Shown one piece after another: positions 1 to 10,266 of a stretch of DNA of 32,860 bases (position 1 is the stretch's first letter; each line of letters begins with the position of its first letter). A model generated the notes under the pieces. That model worked only from the letters and a program-made list of their open reading frames with translations, did no database searches and was not told where the DNA came from. Position numbers and translations under genes: made by a program. The DNA is from Octopus bimaculoides (taxonomy: Eukaryota). The DNA is taken from NCBI RefSeq assembly GCF_001194135.2, contig NC_068984.1, forward strand, positions 49,307,677 to 49,340,536. Direction: 5' to 3'.

Positions 1-372
1 TCTATTCAGCTGAATAGACGTCAGTGATTGGTTGAAATTACAGAAATACGACAACTTTAACATGGAATAACTTGCGATGTACATTTTTTTGTTAAGAAGA
101 CTAAGAGTAAAAGATGTTTTATATGACACATTCTACCAGTGTCCCAAGTTTCAAAGTGTTTCGTTAGTGTTTCGTTAAGAAAATACTGGTGCCCCCGTTT
201 TAAAATAGATCCGACTTTGCAAATGAAAATGGAATACTCTGCAGTGAATGCAACGAATATTTAAATTCGTGAAAAATTGGAGTACAAAAATTCATCAAAG
301 TTCAGAAATCGAAATTATAGGAAATTTTTTGGAACATGAATTTGTAAAAAAATTTCCAGACGGTTAAGCCTG
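1..372. mobile_element. Possible right half of a palindromic MITE / non-autonomous DNA transposon
   Basis: Perfect 18-bp palindrome TCTATTCAGCTGAATAGA at 1-18 (possible centre of symmetry cut by the window edge). The candidate end CCTG|TA at 369-374 reads TA|CAGG on the minus strand, a Tc1/mariner-like terminus. The left half is outside the window. Confidence 0.3.
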
Positions 373-599
373 TAGTAATTGCATTCTTTTAGTAATTGTT
401 ACATACCTAATTAATAAGCAGCTTTCTCTATTTAATATAGAAGATAGAAGAGTCTTTGCAATGCAGTGCAAGTAGCATAAGACTTAAATTCCGGCAGGTG
501 TTTCTAACATAATTGCTAATACCCTGTGTTGTCTTCATTGCTGTCTTATTGTCATTTTATGCTTTTTTGTAATTTTGTATGTGCTTTTGTGTTTTTGTG

Positions 600-1800
600 T
601 CACAAGGTCTGTAGCGATGGGAAGGTGGCTTCGGGTACAGACCTGACAGGCTGGAGGTATTTAGTCACCAACCAACCTTGCACGCAGGCGGCTTTTTGAT
701 GGATGTAAAGTTGCTTACTCGTAAAACACGAGGTAATGGTGGGATTTGGATTGTCTATTAGGTATCTGAGCAGCCATTTTTAGGGAGAGCACTCCTCACC
801 AATGTACTTGGAAGGGTTTAGAAAAGATACTCCAAAATATATTCACCTCATAAAATCTGGTCAGTTTATAGTGGCTGGCCGATGTCTATACAGCGCTGGA
901 AACAATAGAATTAATAATGCTAATAATAGCAACCACTACAAGTTAAGATTTCTTGTTCGAATATTCGAAAGTTAGTTGATAATGCTGGAGCTCGTCCTGA
1001 GCTTAAAACTGCCATTATTGCTAAATAACTTCAAAACTATTCTATAGATATTGTAGCATTCTCAGAGATCAGCTTATTAGGTGATGGTCAGAGTATATAA
1101 CCAGATGCACAGTATACAGTACTCTGGAAGAGGAAAATGTCAACATATTGAAGTGGGTGTAGGAATTGTCATCAAAGATAAGCTACTTACCAAAGGGTAT
1201 TAATGAGAAAAAGTGTCTCTACGCATCAAATTTAATACATGTGCTATCTATAGATAGCAGTAAAGAAGCAAAAGTTAAATTCTATGAAGCTTTAAAAGAG
1301 TGTTTGCATAGTATAGCTGATTCTGATACAATGATTTCCTCTGGTGACTTTAATGCTAATGTTGGCATAGAGGGAACACACGGAGATGTCTTGGAAGGTA
1401 TGGGTTGGGAAAATGATGAATAATGGTTGTTTCATTTTCAAAGTTGCAAGATGTATTTTTTGTATCAGGTACCCAGTTTAAACATAAAGAATGCGACGTT
1501 TGGCTCGGGGGTGCATCCATTTTGTATATGGATGCACCCACGATCCAAACGGTGGCATCTAATATAATTTGTAATTGCAAGCAAAGAGATAATGTGCGCG
1601 AATGTGCGTTCTTTAAAAGGAGACTACAGATGACGTACTTGTTAGAGCAAAAACCAAAATGACAATACATCGTAGGCACAGACGATCATACAATAAAATC
1701 ATACCAAAACATATCAATGTAGGAAAACTTAAAGACCCTGATGTGCAGGAAGTTTTCCTGAGAGATCTTTCATAAATTCAGGATTCAACTTCATGGAGTT
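600..1800 (+). mobile_element. RTE (BovB-like) LINE, degraded 5' part with apurinic-like endonuclease
   Basis: Manual translation across stops and frameshifts gives NIRKLVD..RPELKTAIIAK*LQNYSIDIVAFSE, EVGVGIVIK, KFYEAL...ISSGDFNANVG, WMHPRSKRWHLI and INVGKLKDPDVQEVF. These are typical RTE endonuclease and post-endonuclease motifs. The 5' boundary is approximate. Confidence 0.8.
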
Positions 1801-1806
1801 AAGTAC

Positions 1807-3350
1807 AAAATAAGTCATATGGTATCTCTTCTGATTTTTTGTAACCGACTTTGAGATCTTCTTTACGTCGTCTGAAGAAGAACTGGTTAAAAGTCTGAAG
1901 AGAATAGACTAAGCACTGGAGGTGAAGAATTATGCAAAGGCGTTGAAAGAGAAAAGCGAAGACGTGTGTCTGAAGGAGTTGAACAGATTCAAATAAATGC
2001 TTAAACGGGAGGAGTACGACGTAAAAGTGCACACACACACACAAAGAATTTTTAAAAGAAAAAAAATTATTTACAGGACGTACTCAACAAGAAGAAGGAA
2101 AATTGAAATCACGTTGACCGCTCAATTCGAAACGTCATTAAAAACCAATCTGACAAGGGATTTCTTGCCTTGCCAGAGGATGAAAAGTTGGAATGGTGGC
2201 AACACCCTTAAAAACGGATGAAGTGTTGCGTCTATACATTTACCTTGAGAGGCGTGCTTCCAGGGTTAGGGTAGAAGATATAACTTCAGAAATTGATGTA
2301 GCCTGGCTAGCAGCTACCATACTGCTGGGCACGGAAGAGAAGGTAGTGGTCCTCGAGGCCACCAGAACGCCCTGTAAGAACTGGCAAGGGCAGAGCTCAG
2401 ATATGATAATCCAGGCGGCCCGGAAAGACCTTGAAAGCATGGTCGAGATCACATGGTCGAAGAGGTGGCACTCAGGATCAGAATAGAAGGCAGGATCCCG
2501 CAATGCTATAAATGTGGCCTGAAAGGCCACATTAGAGCGGATTGTCCTCCGCCTCCCGTGAAGACTAAAGAGAAACCCGAGAGCAGGAAGGAAATCGCAA
2601 CTTCACCACCGACGAAAACCAGTCCCAGCGCCGAGGCAGAGGAGGTGAACGAGGAAAAGAATGGATGGAAAACGGTTGGAACAAAAAGAAAGAGAAGGAA
2701 AAAAGCACACTTTGTAAATGATTACCCCATCTCACACCGACGCGACTCCCACCCACTCTACCCCCAACCTTCACCTACAGACACCAAACCTCTCCATACC
2801 TGACACAAAGACAAGCACAAACACACAGGAGCCCCAAATTTCCCCACCCTTGCCCTATGAGAAAAATATGTTATACTGTACAACGGACAAAATGAAAACC
2901 TTTATGAGATAGACTCGTGGGACAGAGCGATAAAAATGAATACAATAGAAGTTAGGGGATTGCCCGAGTACTTTCATTGCGCGGTGGCGGACCCAGAGTA
3001 TCTTTCGAGAGTAAAGGATTACGAGGAGGACTTTGAGCGGTGGGTCAAGAAAATAGAAACCAGCACAATGCCAGAATGGGTAAGCTATCTTGAACTTTTA
3101 AAAAAAATTAACATTGACATTCTTCAGAAAGATGGAAATTAACGTTTACAAATAATGTTTTAAACTGTTACAAACAAAGTTTTGAAAACAAGTTTATTAG
3201 CAGGTTCAATGAAGTCGCTCGGAGGTGGGGCGGAACGGCTTAATTTCACTTATCATTTTATCCATTTCATCCTTTCCATTTCTTTTTTTTCTGTTCCCAC
3301 CATGTGCTGCCTCCTCTGTGTAAGGCCCTATGTGACCAATAAAAGAAAAA
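1807..3350 (+). mobile_element. ORF1-only (half-LINE) retroelement, copy 1, Tx1/L1-like ORF1
   Basis: Frameshifted ORF pieces: TSSEEELVKSLKRID, YIYLERRASRVRVEDITSEIDVAWLAATILLG, RIRIEGRIPQCYKCGLKGHIRADC (CX2CX4HX4C), WKTVGTKRKRRKK. Then a 68-aa ORF (2936-3142) and a tail ending AATAAAAGAAAAA. No EN or RT. Candidate 6-bp TSD AAGTAC at 1801-1806 and 3349-3354 (weak). Confidence 0.75.
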
Positions 3351-3459
3351 GTACGTAGTAGGTGGTCAGAGATAGTCGTATCTTTATTGGTTTACTAAAT
3401 ATACTGTATACCGAAGTGAGCGTTATACTAACCCAACATTTTATGGATTATAACATCTA

Positions 3460-3580
3460 CTCATAAGGTTTTGATCGGCACCAGGCTATCGTAGAAAATA
3501 CTTATCCAACGCAGCGGGATTGAACCCGGAACTATATGTTTGGGAAGCAACTACCTTACAACACAGCCACGCCTGCGCCT
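3460..3580 (-). mobile_element. tRNA-derived SINE, 5' fragment (octopus-type family A)
   Basis: Reverse complement reads GGCGCAGGCGTGGCTGTGTTGTAAGGTAGTTGCTTCCCAAACATATAGTTCCGGGTTCAATCCC (A/B-box head). Homologous to the copies at 12184, 14781 and 29136. Confidence 0.8.
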
Positions 3581-3604
3581 ATAGCCACATATTCATACGT
3601 GTAC

Positions 3605-3658
3605 ATTTACACATAAATTCATATATGTATATATATATATAAACAGACAGACAGACAA

Positions 3659-3700
<42 letters not shown>
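3605..3700. repeat. (TA)n / (GACA)n / (TAGA)n compound microsatellite
   Basis: Direct inspection. Confidence 0.95.
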
Positions 3701-3814
3701 TACATATAGGAGAGGCCCTAGTTTCAATTCTACTTTTCTCTTCTGTTGTTGTGGAGAAAATATTTGAGATATAAAATATATAATTAGAAAAATTACCAAG
3801 AGGGTGAGTTAAAA

Positions 3815-4920
3815 AAAATGCTCTGAGATATTTTTTGTGACACTTTACGTTCCAAGTTCAAATTCAAGTGAGGTCAACTTAGTCTTTCATCCCTCTAGGG
3901 TCAATAAAATAACGTACCAATACAATGGTAAGGACCGACGTGATGTAGATGTGGAGCTTCGTCTTCCAGGAGATATAGCATGGCGCCAGAAGGAATTCCA
4001 TAAGGTGTACATGACCCCAGCGGCCAGACTACATCTGCAGTTGATCTCCAGGATCAGGTCTCCATTGTTGGTGACTGTAGAATTCAGGTAGATGAAGGAG
4101 TTGAGAAACTCCACGACGTGGAAGCCAGTATGGAGAGGGGAGTCTGAGTCAGCTACGAAATGCATCAGCTTAGACTTCGCCCAACTCACCCGAAGGCCAA
4201 ACTTTTCTGATTCTTCTCCGTAAATGGTCAGTGCGTCCCGGAGCTGGTCGAATGAGTTGCTAGATAGGGTGGTATTGTCCGCATACACCAGGTCGGAAAG
4301 GTGGTAGTTCCTGGAAGACGAAGTTACACATTTACAACGCATCGATCCTCGCCATGTTCCTATTTTCCTCTATGGAGCAGAAATAAGGCCCTAGAAGAGA
4401 GTATCCACAGCTTCGAGAGCAGAGCCCTGAGAACCATCAAGATCATTAGATGGTACATCATGATTCCAACAAAGAATTCCATGGGCGTAAGCATCAGCTC
4501 GCAGCCTCCCACCTCATTGCTATCCGTTGTTTGCACTGGTACGGTCATGTCTTCTGTCTCCCGCTAGATCATCCTACCAGGTCTTTACTCTCATTCGACG
4601 TGCAGTTGCTGGTTGGAAGAGGCCCCGTAGCACACCTTACACCAGATGGCTGGACGTGATTGGGGAAGATTGCCAGAAGCCCGATGTCACTTTGAAGGAT
4701 GCAGACCGGCTGGCACGGGACTGCCAGCAATGGAGAGCATTGTAGATTTGGTCTGCTCTATGCATGATGACGCTTCTGAGATGGACCACTAACTTGGAAT
4801 GACCTAAGTCCCATCAAGCAAGAGTATGAAGCCAAGAAATCAAGCCAAAACAATACTGGAGTCAATATAATCGATTAGTGCCCTCTTTTCGCTGGACTTG
4901 CGCCTAAGTTAGAAATTATT
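3815..4920 (+). mobile_element. SINE core split by a LINE insertion (SINE parts about 3815-3923 and 4851-4920)
   Basis: ACGTTCCAAGTTCAAATTCAAGTGAGGTCAACTTAGTCTTTCATCCCTCTAGGGTCAATAAAATAACGTAC continues after the insert as CAATACTGGAGTCAATATAATCGA. This matches the B-box plus central core of a molluscan SINE as I recall it. Confidence 0.6.
3924..4850 (+). mobile_element. 5'-truncated, 5'-inverted RTE-clade LINE (RT C-terminus) with CAATAC TSD
   Basis: The minus-strand part 3924-4309 encodes DLVYADN...EESEKFGLRVSWAKSK...FIYLNSTV..NGDLILEI..ISWKTKLHIY. The plus-strand part 4309-4850 continues SWKTKLHIY..LYGAE..SFESRALR..WYGHV..GWKRPRSTPYTRWLD..RDCQQWRAL, followed by a CAAG-rich tail. CAATAC occurs at 3918-3923 and 4851-4856. 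Confidence 0.8.
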
Positions 4921-5449
4921 TATAAAAATAACATTCCCAAGTGATACTTAAACAACATTCCTATATAAATAATCTCAATAAATCAATATTAGTATACAGC
5001 CCTTCTCTTACTGACATTCTATAAACGGTTTAACTTTTTTCTTAGGAAGTGCGTGAAAATAAAATGCAGAACCAAAGATGTGTGACTTCTATACATTCAT
5101 ACCACTTATATACATCTGATCATCTCTTTCCGATATTCATATCAATATTTTTCTCTTCCCGAACACTCTTGCAACATTGCCTACTTCTGCTGATTCGCCT
5201 GTTTTTAAGCTCCCCTCTACTAACTTTTGGCATATTAACTTGGGGGTATTTTCTGGTACCTCGTCATCATCATATTTGCCTGTCTTTGTGGTATAACACT
5301 AGCCCACCCACCCATGTAAATTCAAAATATTTAGGAATCTCCCCCACAGCACACCTATCCATATACATTAACTTCCCATCATACATTAACTTCTCAACAC
5401 CTCGCGTAAAGCTGCCGCTCAATCTCCTATTTTTCTTCGCAGGTGAGGG

Positions 5450-5680
5450 AGATCTTTAGTTTTGCGAGTTATTGTCTTGCAATCTCACTAGTGCAGAGGT
5501 CCTGAAAATGCTCCAAATACTTTCTATAAAATTATTGACGTTATGGATGGCATCCAGACATAGAACTAAGGCCATAACTAAGATATTGAATCAAGACGTG
5601 GTCCTCCACGTGTTGCATCCTGTCTTACCGTCCAACCCATACCATTATGGGAAGCGGACGTGAAAATGAGATACACTAGA
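5450..5680 (-). repeat. Degraded interspersed repeat fragment
   Basis: The minus strand contains GGTATGGGTTGGACGGT and CTATGTCTGGATGCCATCCATAACGTCAA, resembling an octopus repeat as I recall it. Not verifiable within the window. Confidence 0.3.
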
Positions 5681-6251
5681 CTACCCAAGCTGTCAATAAT
5701 AATAGCAGAGGTTTTACTAAACTTTGGGATAATTACAATATTTTGGTTTGTAAGCATGAATATTCGAAGATTTTGAGATTTTGTAAAAAAAAAAAATGTA
5801 CATGACAAAATTTGTTAATGAGAGTATGAGGACACAAATGAAAATGCCAAATTCACAAAAATAAGAAAATTATATTTATCATTCTCAAATATAATGCAGG
5901 TTTTATTACCTTTAATAAATACAATATGTTGTAGTCAATGATTCACTCATTATTCTACATTGTATTATTTCTATAATAAACCCTCTACCTAATTTACACT
6001 TAGGTATATGATCTTAGTAACATGTTGTATACGTTTTCTAAAGGTTTTCAAAGAACAGCAGGTTTAGATTATCGAAAGCTCAGCATTTACAATATGTTTG
6101 ACACATTTCGGACAAAAGCATTTATGTGCACTTGTAAAGCGTGTATAATATGTATTATCATTCGCGTTCACTGCAAACGTTCCTACAGGAAAAGTATTTC
6201 CTCTACAGATGTTGTGATAGAGTTACGACGCCCCCTTGCGAGAGAGACTGG

Positions 6252-6259
6252 TATAAATA
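6252..6259 (+). promoter_or_regulatory. LTR TATA box
   Basis: TATAAATA with an initiator-like TTCAG about 32 bp downstream, inside the inferred LTR. Confidence 0.55.
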
Positions 6260-6300
6260 GTAGCGATCCGAGTGAGTTCAGGATTCAGAGTTCGTGTTAG

Positions 6301-7953
6301 ATCGATGTTTATTTTGTACCGGTCTTTCACAGTGTTCGCATCGTTTGTTTTGCGCTGGTGTTTTTAAGAGATGATTTGTTAATTATTTTGTGCTGCTTTG
6401 CAGCAATTTGTTTGTGCTTTCTCTCATCGTTTGAGGAGAGTTAGCTATGGATGGAAGGAAGAAGTCGTTTTGTTCAGACCTCAGTGGGTCTGAATTGTCT
6501 TCGTCAGAAGAGGAACTCGAGCAAGCGATGAAAAGGATGGATGATCAATTAAAGAAAAAATTTGAGGAAGTGGCGGAAGTTGCGAACAAGAAGGTGGATC
6601 TGTCAATGCTGAAAAGTTATGAGATGGTATACATGGAGGTGCCGACGTAAAGTTGTCATCGCTCCAGGAAGTATTAAAAGATATGCAGGAAAGGACCATT
6701 GTGTACAAAGTATATTCTGTAGAAGATAAGCGAACTGAAAATGTATCAGCGGAGAAAACTGAAAAAGCCTTGAAGTCAATGTAGCAAGATGTAACATACA
6801 TTAGCAGAGGAAGCCGATACGGAACAGTAGAAGTTCACTTTAAAAAGGCAGCAAAGGCAAAGTAACACTCAATAACCCCGTTGAGGACGGAAAGTGTGGT
6901 CCGCCTACCCATATACCTTGAAAGAAGAACTTCCAGGGTTAAGGTAGAGGGGATCCCACCCGAAATAGATGTGACTTGGGTAGCGGTGGCTATACTTCTA
7001 GGAAACGAAGGAGAAATAGCCGTTCTCCAAGTCATGAAAACAGAAACAACCAGTTGGAAAGGACAAACATTGGATATAATTATACAAAGTTGAATTGAAA
7101 ACCTTGAAAAAATGGCGGAAACAGTAACAATTTGAGATGTGGTTTTAAGAGTCAGGGTGGAGGGCAGAATCCCTCGATGTTTCAGATGTGGTCAAAAGGT
7201 GGACTGCTCTTCACAAACTGAGAAAAATCAGGAGGAAGTCAAGACAGTACCAGAGAAAGTGGAGGAGAAAATAGACGACGATGAACCGTGGAAAGTGACA
7301 GAAAAGAAAAACCAGAAGAAGAGAAAGAAAGCAGGTCAGACTGAATGTTAACCCCCAACCCACAGTCACCACACCCATACCTTCTCAACCCCACCCTCAC
7401 CCCGCAGACAACAAACCTACCCATTTCCCTCCAACACAAAACAAAAAAGGTACTGACACTGGAACCTTCAAACTTGTTTTGCATGGAACCCACAAAGTTG
7501 TTTTGCATGTACGATGTTTGAAGGTGTGGATATGGAACTGATTAACGAGATTGAAGAACACAAGGTTTACTATGGTGGAAGGAAAGACAAATATTAAGGG
7601 GTGGTATACATGTGTTTTAGTATCAGAGAAACTGAAGAATGAAATAGAAATGTATAAAGGTGGGTATAAGTGTTGGGGAGTGAACTATGACATGAAAGGC
7701 TTATCGGATAAAATAGAGTATGAAGAACTTATTAAAAAATATGGACTGGATATTTTGGAAGGTACGGAATTTAAAGGATAAAGGAAGTGCTTCTACTTGG
7801 AGGTGGGGCAAGTAGCTTCATTTTAATTTTTTTAATCTTCATTTATCATTCATCTTGTATCATACGTTTTATATTTGTTTTGTTTGTTCGATGTCCCCAC
7901 ATGTCTTTGTATTTTCCCCTCTTCGTTGGCCCCTTGCGGGCAATAAAGAAACT
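6301..7953 (+). mobile_element. ORF1-only (half-LINE) retroelement, copy 2, full length with 19-bp TSD
   Basis: ATG at 6447 (MDGRKK..SSSEEELEQAMKRMDDQLKKKFEEVAEVANKK), then RTIVYKVY..YISRGSRYGTVEVHF..PIYLERRTSRVKVEGIPPEIDVTWVAVAILLG..RVRVEGRIPRCFRCGQK (knuckle partly deleted) and WKVTEKKNQKKRKK. A small ORF follows at 7551-7781, then the tail GCCCCTTGCGGGCAATAAAGAAACT. Flanked by GATTCAGAGTTCGT(G/A)TTAG at 6282-6300 and 7954-7972. Confidence 0.85.
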
Positions 7954-8198
7954 GATTCAGAGTTCGTATTAGTTCGCAGTGAAGTCGTAAGAGTCGTTGT
8001 GTTAGTTTGCGTTGAACTTTCACCGAAACCGCTGTGTTAGTGTGAACTGAACACGCATTGAACCCGTAAGTTGCTGCAATGGTAGTTGTTCAAATTATTG
8101 TGTGTTGGTCCCGTTGCTAGAATGTGGTAGGCGTTCGATTCTCCTGGAGATGTCTTCTTGGAGTTAAAAAATTGCAGTAAAGTCCGTTCGAACGAAAG

Positions 8199-8272
8199 AC
8201 AAGAGTGCTAACAAGAGTGCTTAGTAAAACGGAAAACAAGAATGCTAACAAGAGTGCTTAGTTCAACGAAAA
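8199..8272 (+). repeat. About 37-bp tandem duplication inside the LTR
   Basis: ACAAGAGTGCTAACAAGAGTGCTTAGTAAAACGGAAA followed by ACAAGAATGCTAACAAGAGTGCTTAGTTCAACGAAAA. Confidence 0.85.
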
Positions 8273-8338
8273 ATTAGAGTACTGTGTGCAACGAACAATA
8301 CTAACTAGGAGTCGGGTAACAAATTACGTTGCAGCATC

Positions 8339-8349
8339 TGGCGACGAGG
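8339..8349 (+). other. Primer binding site complementary to the tRNA-Ser(GCU) 3' end
   Basis: TGGCGACGAGG directly after the LTR end. This is the reverse complement of ...CCTCGTCG-CCA, the 3' end of eukaryotic tRNA-Ser(GCU), and a common Gypsy PBS. Confidence 0.85.
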
Positions 8350-8429
8350 TTTTCGAAGCTCCCGTAGGTTATTTAACAATTTGTTCGTGATACAACTTGT
8401 TAAATAATATAATACCTATTAGCTTCCAT

Positions 8430-8627
8430 AGTACAGTTTCAAAAGCAACAAGAGCAGCAACAGGAGTTGTAGAAGCAATTAATACAGCAACAGCTACAAC
8501 AACAATTATTGGAGCTTTATTCACAGAAGTCCCAATATGAGGTAAGTTCGTTTTCGCCAGAAAGCGTTTCGAACTCGATTAATGAATTCAGTTATAACCC
8601 AAAGGAGGCTATAACTTTTACATCGTA
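8430..8627 (+). pseudogene. gag: Gypsy gag N-terminus fragment
   Basis: QFQKQQEQQQEL*KQLIQQQLQQQLLELYSQKSQYEVSSFSPESVSNSINEFSYNPKEAITFTS: a Q-rich leader plus the S-I-x-EF-x-Y-x-P-x-x-x-x-T-F motif of metazoan Gypsy gags. Cut at a TA by the next element. Confidence 0.75.
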
Positions 8628-10266
8628 GAGGAGACCAGGTCTAGTTGTTACACGGGTAAGTTATTGCAAGCCCATTGTTTCCAACTTCAAGAAATAGGTG
8701 GCACTCGTGTCTCTACCTTGTGAAGGCCAACTCCATAGCATCATGACTACACATGTGTATTGCATTGGCGGAATGTCACCAGGAAAGGTATGGCTAAAAA
8801 AAAACGATTTTTTACTCTAAAAGTGAAATTTCACCACAAAGTTATTTCCTTAACTACTAAAGTACAAGTGGTGTTACTGAAGCAGTTTATGGTTCATTAG
8901 GAAGTGTTGGTTGGAAGTTGCCTTCGATACATGGTGTGTCCTGGATGTCATACATTACTAGTGCTGTAGGAGGTAATCCCCAGAAATCCATAGTCGGGGC
9001 TAATTGTTACAGTGTATCAGCTTACCCAAGGCATGTTACAACTTATCTCTTCTATTTCAGTTTAACACACCATGCCTAGAAATTACAGAAAGAAGAGTAC
9101 AAGGAAAGATACCCCTCCTGATGTCATGGAATGAGCCACCAGGAAAGTTGTGGATGAAAAGAAATCATTATGGGATGTTGCCAAAGATTTCGAGGTAGGT
9201 TTCAGGCTCATTAGATATGAAGTTACCGGTATCCCTTACACTAACCTTTTAAAATGTTAGCAGAATGTCAACTGTACCAAAACGTAAACCTTCAATTTCT
9301 TTATATTTTCAGGTGAATTTCATGACGCTGCAGAGATACCGCAAGAAACTAAGGACAGAGGGGAAAATAGCCAGTGTTGGATGTGCTTCTCCGCGTGCAG
9401 TTTTTACCAAGGATCAAGAAGACTTGCTTGACCTACATCCTTAAAGCTGCTAAAATTTACCATGGTCTGACTGCTTCTGACATTCGAAACCTTGCTTACG
9501 ACTATGCGAAGGCCAATGAAATTAAGTACCCATATTCCTGGTCTTCTAATGAATGCGCTGGCGTTAACTGGTTCTCAAAGTTTATGATGCGAAATTCCAA
9601 ACTCTCCATCCGAACCCCAGAAGCTACAATGGACAAGTTTTTCGATAATCTGACAGAGGTGCTTGACCGTTACAAGTTTGAGAGCCATGACATCTACAAC
9701 TGTGATGAGACGGGTGTCACAACAGTGCAACGACCAAATCGAAAAGCGGCAGAGAAAGGAGTGAAACAAGTAGGAGCGATGACTTCCGCTGAGAGAGGGA
9801 CACTGGTGAGAGTCTGCCTTGCAGTAAATGCCAACGGTTATTCAATGCTAGTGTTCCCTAGAGTCCACTTCCGTGAATACTTCATTGCTAATGATCCAAC
9901 AAGTTGCTGCGGATCAGCAAATCCAAGTGAATGGATGAAGGGGGGAGATTTTCTTAAATTTCTGGAACACTTCGTGAAGCATACTCGTAGCAGCAAAGAG
10001 CTACTTGACAAACACAACTCCCATATCTCTTTGGCTATCATTGATTTCTGCCGAAACAATGGTATTCTTCTGCTATCATTCCCCCCACACTGCTCACAAA
10101 AGCTACAGCTACTCGATCGGAGTGTCTATGGTTCTCTTAAGAAATACGTGAATAGGGCATGTGATGGATAGATGAAATCGCACCAGGTAAAACGATGACC
10201 ATTTACGACGTCCCGGCGATCTTGAAGGAAGCCCTTCCACATGAGTGCACACTAGTCAACATCCAG
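8628..10266 (+). mobile_element. pogo/Tigger-like DNA transposon, 5' end plus degraded transposase
   Basis: Begins after TA with a TIR-like GAGGAGACCAGGTCTAGTTGTTACACGGGTAAGTT. The related motif GGGGCTAATTGTTACA recurs near 8996. No 3' TIR was found in the window. Confidence 0.75.
9072..10266 (+). pseudogene. pogo-family transposase (psq-type HTH, CENP-B HTH, DDE_1), with a GT-AG intron at 9195-9312
   Basis: MPRNYRKK...ME*ATRKVV..DVAKDFE|VNFMTLQRY; YHGLTASDIRNLAYDYA; NWFSKFMMRN..LSIRTPEAT; IYNCDETGVTTVQ; TSAERG; WMKGGDFLKFLEHF; LLDKHNSH; LSFPPHCSQKLQLLDRSVYGSLK. Contains stops, frameshifts and deletions. Confidence 0.9.

Larger units (their letters stand above)
6023..8336 (+). mobile_element. 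Ty3/Gypsy 5' LTR (6023-6300 plus 7973-8336), interrupted by half-LINE copy 2
   Basis: Starts TGTTGTAT, has a TATAAATA box at 6252 and ends in CA at 8335-8336, 2 bp before a PBS. A gag start follows. Confidence 0.75.

Noticed and set aside
5578-5808. Minus-strand ORF with NQNIVIIPK resembling a Penelope RT N-terminus
   Set aside because: No further Penelope motifs follow, and the adjacent DNA looks like a non-coding repeat. The similarity is probably chance.
8199-8272. Short direct repeats as a CRISPR-like array
   Set aside because: Only two units, no unique spacers, eukaryotic LTR context and no cas genes.
8430-8560. Poly-Q stretch as a host transcription-factor exon
   Set aside because: It lies just after an LTR and PBS and leads into a Gypsy gag motif.
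9072-10266. Domesticated TIGD/CENP-B-like host gene
   Set aside because: It has in-frame stops, a frameshift, internal deletions, a TIR-like end with TA and interruption by another TE. It is a dead transposon.
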